A DNA stretch of 64,000 nucleotides from an uncultured Pelagibacteraceae bacterium (GTDB lineage: Bacteria > Pseudomonadota > Alphaproteobacteria > Pelagibacterales > Pelagibacteraceae), in the NCBI GenBank assembly GCA_902560585.1, contig CACEMI010000007.1:875-64874 (forward strand). The letters run 5' to 3'. Position 1 is the first letter of the stretch. Each line of letters begins with the position of its first letter. Below the pieces are notes generated by a model, which worked only from the letters and a program-made list of their open reading frames with translations, was not told where the DNA came from and made no database searches. Below, piece by piece: positions 10,596 through 19,225 of the stretch. The position numbers and the translations under genes were made by a program.

Positions 10596-11540
10596 ATGAA
10601 TATTAGACTTGCTAAATTTAAGGAATTAACTCCAAGCACTTTACCCTTTGTTGAGGGTAAATTGGAAGGTCATAAAGAGAGAAAAAATTATTCTATTTTA
10701 GGACCAGGTGTTGCTGAAGATGCAAATCAATCAATAAAAATATCAGAAAGACATGGATTTAACTTGGGCGCTGTTTCAGCAAAACCCTTTAATGGTTCTG
10801 GTCTTCATAGCCATTTGACTGCCGAAGTATTCATAATTTATTCAGGTAAATGGAGGTTTTATTGGGGTTCAAAAGGCGGAGATGAAACAATATTAAATGC
10901 AGGGGATGTTATTTCTATGCCTACAAATATGTTTAGAGCATTTGAAAATGTAGGAGATGAAGAGGGTTTTATTTTTGTTGTTCTTGGTGGAGACGACCCT
11001 GGAATTGTTACTTGGATACCTGAAGTTCTAAAAAAAGCAAAACAAACAGGTATGGCGCTATTAGATGATAATTCTTTGATTGATTTAAATAGTCAAGAAA
11101 TCCCAAACGGTAGAAAATTACTTAAGCCTATATCTAAGGATGAAATTATAAAATTTGACAATTATAAGCTAGAACAATTACAAAAAAATATATGTGAGAC
11201 TAGCAAAAGACTAAAACATGAAATTAATATTGGAGATAATGTAAAAATTTCACATATTTTAGGTAACAAATTTCAAAATAAATCAATAAGGCCAATTATA
11301 AAACAGGATACTGGATTTAGCTTAAGCACTTTAAAATCTACAATAGGAAAAGTTGAAAATTTAAAATTTGACAAACCTACAATTTTTTTTTCACAAAAAG
11401 GAAAATGGAATATTCAAACAGACAATTCTTCCTTTGAATTAGATTATAAAGACACATTTTCAGTTCCAGTTGGATCCAACATTAGTATTCAAATTGACGA
11501 AAAAAATGAGTCACTACTTAATTGTGTGTCAAAAATATAA
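10596..11540 (+). CDS. Cupin-domain protein
   Basis: HSHLTAEVF and GDVISMPTNMFRAFEN cupin motifs; degenerate second cupin domain. Confidence 0.82.
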   Translation: MNIRLAKFKELTPSTLPFVEGKLEGHKERKNYSILGPGVAEDANQSIKISERHGFNLGAVSAKPFNGSGLHSHLTAEVFIIYSGKWRFYWGSKGGDETILNAGDVISMPTNMFRAFENVGDEEGFIFVVLGGDDPGIVTWIPEVLKKAKQTGMALLDDNSLIDLNSQEIPNGRKLLKPISKDEIIKFDNYKLEQLQKNICETSKRLKHEINIGDNVKISHILGNKFQNKSIRPIIKQDTGFSLSTLKSTIGKVENLKFDKPTIFFSQKGKWNIQTDNSSFELDYKDTFSVPVGSNISIQIDEKNESLLNCVSKI

Positions 11541-12508
11541 TGAAAGGTTTTGATAAGAAATACAAAGACTTTCCTGACTATATATTAAAAATAACTGAGC
11601 AAATTTGGGAAGGTAAAGATGTAGAGTCTATTGGTAAATTTTATACAAAAGATATACCAGTAAGATCACCATTTGGTGTTACTTATGGCAACAAACCAGT
11701 TATAGACGCAACATATGCAACTTTAAAAGAATTTCCTAACAGACAATTGTTAGGTGAAGATGTGATTTGGAATGGTAATGACGAAATTGGATATCATTCT
11801 TCCCATAGAATATTAAGCAAAGGCACCCATCTAGGTAATGGTTTTTACGGTAAACCTAGTGGAAAAAATATTTATTATAGAGTAATTGCTGATTGTGCAT
11901 GTAAAGAAAATCAAGTTTATGACGAGTGGATTGTTAGAGATCAAGGAGCAATTGTAAGACAGATTGGTTACTCTCCAAAAGAATTTGCAAAGAAAATAAT
12001 AGAAAGTGAAGGGGGAATTTTAACTGCATCCAAGTTATTCAATTGTGAAACTGATAAAAGCTCGAATTATGAAGCTGAGAGATATAAAAAAGGATCAAAA
12101 GCTGAAAAATATACAGAGATACTTAAAAATATTTTTAATAATAGCTATAAATTTGAGGGATATGATAGAGCTGCTAATATTTTTTGGCCTGGAAATGTAA
12201 TTAGCCATGGAAGAGAGGGTATTAAAGAAAAATGGATTTCTTTAAAATCAATATTTTCAAACATAAAATTTACTATAGAACATGTGGGTTTTTTAGAGGA
12301 AGCAGGTCAAAACCCAAGGGTATCAGTTAGATGGTTTTTAGAAGGCGCTCACAGTAACGAAAGTAAGGATTATGACAAACCCTCAAATAAAAAAATATTT
12401 ATAATGGGAATTAATCATGCAGAATTTTACTCCAACTCTATTATAAGGGAGTGGGTGTTATTTGATGAAGTTGCTATATGGAAACAAATTTTATTAAATC
12501 ATGGTTAA
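11540..12508 (+). CDS. SnoaL-like 'ester cyclase' protein, two NTF2-like domains
   Basis: ATG at 11540 overlaps the cupin stop; TLKEFPNRQLLGEDVIW, DEWIVRDQG and REWVLFDE motifs. Confidence 0.78.
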   Translation: MKGFDKKYKDFPDYILKITEQIWEGKDVESIGKFYTKDIPVRSPFGVTYGNKPVIDATYATLKEFPNRQLLGEDVIWNGNDEIGYHSSHRILSKGTHLGNGFYGKPSGKNIYYRVIADCACKENQVYDEWIVRDQGAIVRQIGYSPKEFAKKIIESEGGILTASKLFNCETDKSSNYEAERYKKGSKAEKYTEILKNIFNNSYKFEGYDRAANIFWPGNVISHGREGIKEKWISLKSIFSNIKFTIEHVGFLEEAGQNPRVSVRWFLEGAHSNESKDYDKPSNKKIFIMGINHAEFYSNSIIREWVLFDEVAIWKQILLNHG

Positions 12509-13628
12509 AATAAAAACTACACATGTTGGAAGTTTGCCCAGGTCAAATGAACTCTCAAGTCTTTTAGCATCAAAGGATAATAAAGAGGAAATTAGCATAG
12601 AAAAATTTGACGAAGTTGTAAGGAAAAATGTTTTAGAAGTTGTAAAAAAACAAATTAACACAGGAATTGATATTGTAAGTGACGGAGAAATGTCAAAAAT
12701 AAGTTATGCTACATACATTAAAGATAGAGTTAATGGTTTTTCTGGTGAAAGTGAGAGAAAAGCTCCAAAAGATTTAGATGATTTTCCATCTTTTAAAAAA
12801 AAACTAGTTCAATCTGGAGGAACCCCTACATATAAAAGACCTTGTTGCACAAATGAATTAAAAGTAAAAGATAATGTTTCGATTAGTAAAGATATAATTA
12901 ATTTTAAAGATGCATTAAATAAAAATTCTCATAGTGAAGGGTTTATGAATTCTCCATCTCCAGGAGTTATTTGTAACTTTCTGCCCAATAAATTTTATAA
13001 AAATGATGATGAATATTTAGAAAAGCTTTCAGATATTATGAAATTTGAATATGAAAAAATTATTGACAGTGGTCTTTCTCTTCAGATCGATTGTCCTGAC
13101 CTCGCTCTATCAAGACATATGATATATAAAGATATTTCAGAGCAAAATTTTTTAGAGAGAGCTAATAAACATGTTGAAGTTTTAAATAAGTCACTAGAAA
13201 ATATTGATCCATCTAAAGTAAGAATGCATATTTGTTGGGGAAATTATGAAGGACCTCATACACATGATATTGGGTTAAACAAAATTATTGAGATAGCTTT
13301 TAAAGCTAAAATAAATAAGTATTTGATAGAGTCTGCTAACCCTAGACATGCTCATGAATGGGAAGTATTTGAAAATATAAAACTACCAAAAGATAAGATT
13401 ATTATTCCAGGGGTAATAGAGTCCACGAGCAATTTTATTGAACATCCAGATGTTGTAAAACATAGAATTTTAGTCTTTTCTAAAGTAATAGATCCTAGTC
13501 AATTAATGGCTGGCACTGATTGTGGTTTTGGCACATTTGCAGGATTTGGAAATGTTGATGAGAATATAGCTTATAAAAAACTTGAGTCACTTGTGATTGG
13601 ATCAAGACTTGCGTCAAAAGTGATTTAA
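12501..13628 (+). CDS. MetE-core (cobalamin-independent methionine synthase II / epoxyalkane:CoM transferase-like) protein
   Basis: TTHVGSLPR, SDGE, HICWGN and DCGFG Zn-ligand motifs; single barrel of 375 aa. Confidence 0.88.
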   Translation: MVKIKTTHVGSLPRSNELSSLLASKDNKEEISIEKFDEVVRKNVLEVVKKQINTGIDIVSDGEMSKISYATYIKDRVNGFSGESERKAPKDLDDFPSFKKKLVQSGGTPTYKRPCCTNELKVKDNVSISKDIINFKDALNKNSHSEGFMNSPSPGVICNFLPNKFYKNDDEYLEKLSDIMKFEYEKIIDSGLSLQIDCPDLALSRHMIYKDISEQNFLERANKHVEVLNKSLENIDPSKVRMHICWGNYEGPHTHDIGLNKIIEIAFKAKINKYLIESANPRHAHEWEVFENIKLPKDKIIIPGVIESTSNFIEHPDVVKHRILVFSKVIDPSQLMAGTDCGFGTFAGFGNVDENIAYKKLESLVIGSRLASKVI

Positions 13629-13704
13629 ATATCTCTTTTATTAGATAATCCTTAAAGATATATTTTATTAGAATAATTATAAACAACAAAAAAAGAGAGA
13701 TAAT

Positions 13705-14931
13705 ATGAGAAAAATACTAATAACCTTATTGTTCGCGCTTTTTGGAACAACAGCAAATGCCGATGGGCATTGCAGTAAACCAAGTGGTTCAATAAATATT
13801 TTAGCAAATGATTTTCCTGCGTTAAGAACTTTTGTAGAAACAGCTAAAGGATGTAAAGGAAGTGCAGATTTTAAAGTTACTCACTCATCTGAACACAACA
13901 AAATAGCTGTTCCAGCTTTAACTGCAAACCCTTCTGAATTTTCGGCAAGAATTGCAGCTAATAGTTCAATTGTTCCTTTAATGAATCAAGATTTAATTAG
14001 ACCTATGGATGATCTAGTTAAAAAATATGGAAAAGGAATACAAGACTCGCAATTAATAACAATTGATGGAAAAGTAATGGCTGTTGCTTTTATGGCAAAC
14101 ACCCAACATTTGTATTACAGAGAAGATGTTTTAAAAGAATTAGGTATACCTGTGCCTAAAACTTACGAAGAGGTTGTTGCAGCATCTGAAAAAATAAGAG
14201 CTTCAGGTAAAATGCAACATCCATATGCAGCAGCATATAAAGCTGGATGGAATTTAGCTGAAGAATTTGTAAACATGTTCATTGGTCATGGGGGTGAATT
14301 CTTTAAAGCTGGAACTGCTGAGCCAAATATCAATAATGCAAAAGGTGTGGCTACACTAAACATGTTAAAAAAATTAGCAAGTTTAAGTAATCCTGATTAT
14401 CTAACTCACGATAGTGAAGCAATTAAAGTTGAGTGGGAGTCTGGAAAAGTTGCTCTTATGACATTATGGGCATCAAGATCTGGAACTTTGTTAGATGATG
14501 AAGGTGATGCAAAAATTACCGCAGCAACTAAATTAACAGGACCGGCAACTGTTGGTGGTGGAAATATTCCTGCAGCTACATTATGGTGGGATGGATTTAC
14601 TTTAGCAAAAAATAGATCTGACAGTGATGCAGAAGCAACTTTTATTGCTTTAGCTCACGCTGCTTCAAATAAAAAAATGGTTGCAGACGCTGCTGACCAA
14701 GCTGTTTGGTTAGTAGAGGGTTTTGTGCCAGGACCAAAATCTATTGGTGTAATTGAGGCTGTAAAAATGGGAGCTAAACCTTATCCTATGTTACCACAAA
14801 TGGGTTTAATGCATGGTGCATTAGGAAGTGAAATAGTTGAGTTCTTACAAGGTAAAGAATCTGCAGAACAAGCATTGAAAGATGTGGAAGCTGCTTACAT
14901 CAGTAAAGCTAAAGAACAAGGCTTTCTATAA
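13705..14931 (+). CDS. Carbohydrate-type ABC transporter substrate-binding protein
   Basis: Signal peptide ending ANA, LYYREDVLKELGIPVPKTYEE motif, followed by two permeases. Confidence 0.9.
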   Translation: MRKILITLLFALFGTTANADGHCSKPSGSINILANDFPALRTFVETAKGCKGSADFKVTHSSEHNKIAVPALTANPSEFSARIAANSSIVPLMNQDLIRPMDDLVKKYGKGIQDSQLITIDGKVMAVAFMANTQHLYYREDVLKELGIPVPKTYEEVVAASEKIRASGKMQHPYAAAYKAGWNLAEEFVNMFIGHGGEFFKAGTAEPNINNAKGVATLNMLKKLASLSNPDYLTHDSEAIKVEWESGKVALMTLWASRSGTLLDDEGDAKITAATKLTGPATVGGGNIPAATLWWDGFTLAKNRSDSDAEATFIALAHAASNKKMVADAADQAVWLVEGFVPGPKSIGVIEAVKMGAKPYPMLPQMGLMHGALGSEIVEFLQGKESAEQALKDVEAAYISKAKEQGFL

Positions 14932-14940
14932 AACAAATAT

Positions 14941-14967
14941 TTAAGTGGGGATTTAATCCCCACTTAA
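14941..14967 (+). terminator. Stem-loop after the substrate-binding protein gene
   Basis: Perfect inverted repeat ttaagtggggat-tta-atccccacttaa. Confidence 0.75.
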
Positions 14968-14973
14968 TTTAAA

Positions 14974-16002
14974 ATGCCAAATAAAACTTTTTTCTGGTTT
15001 TTCTTGCCAACTGGATTGGCAATGATTTTATTTATTGGTCTGCCAATTATATCTACTGGCATTCAATCTTTCTATGCCCAACATGATCAAGTAGTAAAAG
15101 AAGTAAAAAAATGTGATCCATTTGGTTGTACGGTTTCAATCGTAGTTGATCAAGAAGCAACCTCTATATTAAGAGATGAAAAACCTTTAGGTAAATTTAA
15201 TGGATTTGGCACTTATGTAGATAGAAATCACTTGGCTATTGAGCAAATTTCTGATTTTTGGAAAGAAACTGACTCATTTGGAGAATTTATCAATCAAGTT
15301 ACAAATTTACCTTTTTACAAAGCTCTTTTGTTTACTTTAACGTATTGTTTATTTGTAACTCCCAATGTTTTGTTACTAGGTTTCATTATAGCATTAAGTT
15401 TAAATGCAATATCCAGAAAAATAAGAGGCCCACTAATATTTGGTACAATATTACCAATGATAGTTACTCCATTAGTAGGATCTCTCGTTTTATTTTGGAT
15501 GATTGATGCAGAAGGTATTATTGGTGCAAATTTACAATTAATGATGGAAGATCCATATTTATCATTAAAATCATCTAGAACGCTTACATGGATAACAATA
15601 ATTATCTATGGAATTTGGCATCACTCTCCTTTTGCTTTTGTAGTTTTTTATGCTGCATTACAAACTGTTCCTCAAGAACCTGTTGAGGCAGCAATTATCG
15701 ATGGAGCGTCAAGATACCAGAGAATTAGACATATTGTGTTGCCACATATTTATCCAGTTGTTACTTTTGTGGCTTTAATATCATTAATGGATAATTTTAG
15801 AGTCTTTGAACCAATAATTGGTTTTAGTGCTGAAGGAAGTGCTCAATCTTTATCATGGTTAATCTATGATAATTTAGTTAATGAAGAAGTAATTTTATTT
15901 GGATCTGCAGCAGCAACCTCAATGATGACTATTATTGGAATAGCCATATTGCTTGCACCAGTATTAATTAGGACTTGGAAAGAATTTAGGACGGCAAGAT
16001 AA
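14974..16002 (+). CDS. Carbohydrate ABC transporter permease (MalF-like)
   Basis: EAAIIDGAS EAA loop, TM helices. Confidence 0.92.
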   Translation: MPNKTFFWFFLPTGLAMILFIGLPIISTGIQSFYAQHDQVVKEVKKCDPFGCTVSIVVDQEATSILRDEKPLGKFNGFGTYVDRNHLAIEQISDFWKETDSFGEFINQVTNLPFYKALLFTLTYCLFVTPNVLLLGFIIALSLNAISRKIRGPLIFGTILPMIVTPLVGSLVLFWMIDAEGIIGANLQLMMEDPYLSLKSSRTLTWITIIIYGIWHHSPFAFVVFYAALQTVPQEPVEAAIIDGASRYQRIRHIVLPHIYPVVTFVALISLMDNFRVFEPIIGFSAEGSAQSLSWLIYDNLVNEEVILFGSAAATSMMTIIGIAILLAPVLIRTWKEFRTAR

Positions 16003-16883
16003 TGGAATATGGTTTAGACAAAAGATCAAACGCTCTTAAAACATTTAATACAACTTTTATAATCATTTGGTTATTAATTGCATGCTTTCCATTTATTTGG
16101 ACTTTCTGGGGATCGTTTAAAGTAAGAGCAGATTTTTTTTCCAGAGCTGATTGGTGGTATGCAATCTCAGCATTTAATACTTTATTAGAAACAGGTGGTC
16201 AGTTTACTTCAAAAGCATATTCTGAAGCTTGGACTGAAGGTGAGTTTTGGAAAGCATCAAGAAATACGATTATAGTAACGGTTTTTGTTGTCTCTATATC
16301 GCTATTTTTAGGAACTTTAGGAGCTTATGCTTTATCTAGATCTACTGAAAGATATGCATTTTGGATATTAATTGCAGCATTAATTTTTAGAGCGATGCCA
16401 CATATTACTTTAGTCTCTGGGTATCTTTTTCCTTTTTTTGAATTACAAATTTGGGGAATCTTACCAACCACAATTGTAGTTTTAGTTGCGATCAATCAAC
16501 CTTTTACATTATGGCTTCTCTACTCTTTCTTTAAAACTGTTCCTAAAGAATTAGATGAAAGTGCGTTAATAGATGGTTGCTCATATTTTCAAGCATTTAG
16601 ATATATAATCATGCCAGTGATGTGGCCTGGAGTAATAACGGCTGGTTTGTTTAGTCTTATGTTAGCATACAACGACTTTACAGTCACTGCATTATTATTA
16701 AATCAAGAAAACCACACAATGGTTCCAAAAATACAAAGTTATCTTGGTACTAATCAGCATGAAGGTAATTTAATGTGGGCTGTTTCAGCGGTTGTGTCTG
16801 CAACTGCACCATTGTTTATGTTAGTCATGTTTTTTCAAAGACAAGTAATAAGTGGCTTAACCACTGGTGCTGTTAAAGGGTAA
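16002..16883 (+). CDS. Carbohydrate ABC transporter permease (MalG-like)
   Basis: ELDESALIDG loop, C-terminal GLTTGAVKG. Confidence 0.92.
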   Translation: MEYGLDKRSNALKTFNTTFIIIWLLIACFPFIWTFWGSFKVRADFFSRADWWYAISAFNTLLETGGQFTSKAYSEAWTEGEFWKASRNTIIVTVFVVSISLFLGTLGAYALSRSTERYAFWILIAALIFRAMPHITLVSGYLFPFFELQIWGILPTTIVVLVAINQPFTLWLLYSFFKTVPKELDESALIDGCSYFQAFRYIIMPVMWPGVITAGLFSLMLAYNDFTVTALLLNQENHTMVPKIQSYLGTNQHEGNLMWAVSAVVSATAPLFMLVMFFQRQVISGLTTGAVKG

Positions 16884-17545
16884 TGGCAATCAAAGCCATA
16901 ATATTTGGTTCTATTGGTACGATAGTAGAAACATCAAATATTCAAAGAAATTGCTTTAATTCAGCTTTTAAAATCTCAGGATTAAAATGGTATTGGAGTA
17001 AAAAATTGTATCAATCAATGTTAAAAAAATCTGGAGGCGAAAAAAGAGTTAAAAAGTTTAGTCTAGAGAAAAAAACTTTAGTTAATGCAAAAAAAATCAG
17101 AAATTTAAAAACCTTAATTTTTAATAATTATTTAAAAAAGAATAAATTGAAGCCACGTGCTGGAGTAATTAATGTAATCAAATATTGTAAAAAAAATAAA
17201 ATTAAGATTGGCTTTGCAACCTCTACTACAAAAAATAATATTGATTCAGTATTTATATCTTTAAATAAATATTTAAAAAAAAGTGATTTTGATTACATCG
17301 GACACAACAAAATTATAAAAAACTTTAATAATAAAACTGATATTTACTTACATTGTCTAAAAAAATTAAAACTTTCAAATAAAGATTGTTTAGCAATTGA
17401 AGATACAGAGATTAGTTTAAAATATGCTAAAAAAGCTAAATTAAGATGTGTTGCCTTCCCGGGCGATTATCACCGCTCCGGGAAGTACAAGGATTCATTT
17501 ACAAAAGTTAAACTTCTTAATTCAAAAATATTTGCTGATTTATAG
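16883..17545 (+). CDS. HAD-superfamily CbbY-like protein with degenerate motif I
   Basis: KAIIFGSIGTIVET in place of FDxDGT; QRNCFNSAF and LAIEDT resemble CbbY. Confidence 0.75.
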   Translation: MAIKAIIFGSIGTIVETSNIQRNCFNSAFKISGLKWYWSKKLYQSMLKKSGGEKRVKKFSLEKKTLVNAKKIRNLKTLIFNNYLKKNKLKPRAGVINVIKYCKKNKIKIGFATSTTKNNIDSVFISLNKYLKKSDFDYIGHNKIIKNFNNKTDIYLHCLKKLKLSNKDCLAIEDTEISLKYAKKAKLRCVAFPGDYHRSGKYKDSFTKVKLLNSKIFADL

Positions 17546-17983
17546 TTGGTCTATCAAACCTGGTGCTAATTTCTTAGACTTTGATGAAAATCTTAACTTC
17601 TTAATAGCATCTAGGTTAGATTTATCTTCTCCAACAACCACAAAACCAATCATTCCCATATTTTTGTGTGGTGTACACCAATAAGCATAAATTCCTGGAA
17701 CCTCGAACTTGTATTCAACATCCTTATTAAACTTTGATTTAAACTTACCAACTCCTTCTGGTACACCCTTTTTTATGAATTCAACGTTATGTCCTTTATC
17801 TGTTGCCTTCCAAAGAACTGTATCACCAGGGTTAACTCTTACTATTTTAGGCTCAAAAACATTTGATTCTTTATCAAGCCTATTAAGCATTTCCACTGTT
17901 ACATCCGCACCTAAAGCTATATTCGTAAAAAATATACTGATTAATATTATAAATGAACTTGTTAATTTATTATATTTAGCCAT
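17540..17983 (-). CDS. Pseudoazurin (type-1 blue copper protein)
   Basis: Signal peptide, VEMLN, DKGHNV and YWCTPHKNMGM copper ligands; ATG at 17983 preferred over TTG at 18010. Confidence 0.9.
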   Translation of the reverse strand: MAKYNKLTSSFIILISIFFTNIALGADVTVEMLNRLDKESNVFEPKIVRVNPGDTVLWKATDKGHNVEFIKKGVPEGVGKFKSKFNKDVEYKFEVPGIYAYWCTPHKNMGMIGFVVVGEDKSNLDAIKKLRFSSKSKKLAPGLIDQL

Positions 17984-18048
17984 AGCGCTGATATATTCTT
18001 TTAAAGTCAATAAACAATAACCATATGGTGTAACAAGTTGACACGTCT

Positions 18049-19218
18049 TTAATTGGTTTTATGTAATAATCTATCAGCCCTCAGAGTAGTGAAAATTATT
18101 ATTATTAAAAATGGGATACATAATATGTTCATTATTTTCCAACTTGTAAAACTTAAAACAATACCTGCTGTTAAACTTGCAGTAGCTTGAACTGAAAAAA
18201 CTATAAAATCATTAAATCCTTGCGCTCTAAATCTTTCCTCTTCCTTATAATTTAAAACTAATAAGCTTGTTCCAGATATAAATAAAAAATTCCATCCAAG
18301 ACCCAAAAAAACTAATGAAAAAAGATAATTTATGACTGTTTGATCAAAATAACTAAGTAAAATTGTAAAGATAAAAAATAAAACACCAAAATACATTATT
18401 TTACTGTGTCCATATTTTTTTATTAGATTTCCTGTAACTAAAGCGGGAAGGAACATGCTTATGATATGTAATTGAATTACAAAACTCGTATTATTTAAGG
18501 ACATATTATCATGAACATGCATACTAATAGGAGTAGCTGTCATTAAAAATGACATCACCGCATAAGCAAAAGATGATGATACAAGAGCTTGTAAAAATCT
18601 AGGCTGAGATATCAATTCTAAAATTGTTCTACCCTTTAATGTTTTTTTATTATTAATGACTTTATTTTCTTTATAAAAAATTAAAAAAATAATAGATGAT
18701 AAAGTTAATAAAGATAAACAAAGATACGAGCCGACATACAATCCCTCTGAAATAATATTTTTTCCAAAATTTGCTAAGTTTGGACCCAGTAAAGCTGACA
18801 AAATCCCCGCAAAAAGTAATAAGGAAATAGCCTTTGGTGCAAGTTCTTTATCAACACTCTCAGCTGCAGCGAAACGATACTGATGAGCAAAAGCCATTCC
18901 AAATCCAAGGCAAAAACAAGAAAATGAATACAGAATAAAGTTTTGCCTATACACGGAATATGCTGCTAATAATGCAAATAATGAAGTTGTAATAGATGAA
19001 AGTATAAATCCTTTTTTTCTTCCGGTAATACTCATTATTTTAGAAGCAGCAATAATAAAAATAGCCGTACCCACAATTGATAATGACATTGGCAATGTTG
19101 AAAGAGATTTAATTGGACTGATACTAGTTCCAATGATTCCACTTAAAAAAACAGTTACAGGTGCAACAGAGAATGCAAATGCATTGCTAGCAAATAACAA
19201 CCATACATTTTTGTTCAT
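18049..19218 (-). CDS. MFS transporter
   Basis: About 12 TM helices, YRFAAAES, HIISMFLP and GLGWNFLF motifs. Confidence 0.9.
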   Translation of the reverse strand: MNKNVWLLFASNAFAFSVAPVTVFLSGIIGTSISPIKSLSTLPMSLSIVGTAIFIIAASKIMSITGRKKGFILSSITTSLFALLAAYSVYRQNFILYSFSCFCLGFGMAFAHQYRFAAAESVDKELAPKAISLLLFAGILSALLGPNLANFGKNIISEGLYVGSYLCLSLLTLSSIIFLIFYKENKVINNKKTLKGRTILELISQPRFLQALVSSSFAYAVMSFLMTATPISMHVHDNMSLNNTSFVIQLHIISMFLPALVTGNLIKKYGHSKIMYFGVLFFIFTILLSYFDQTVINYLFSLVFLGLGWNFLFISGTSLLVLNYKEEERFRAQGFNDFIVFSVQATASLTAGIVLSFTSWKIMNILCIPFLIIIIFTTLRADRLLHKTN

Positions 19219-19225
19219 TAAGGTA

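Noticed and set aside
12501-13628. Canonical metE with a SAM riboswitch
   Set aside because: Half the length of MetE, mid-operon, and no leader in which a riboswitch could sit
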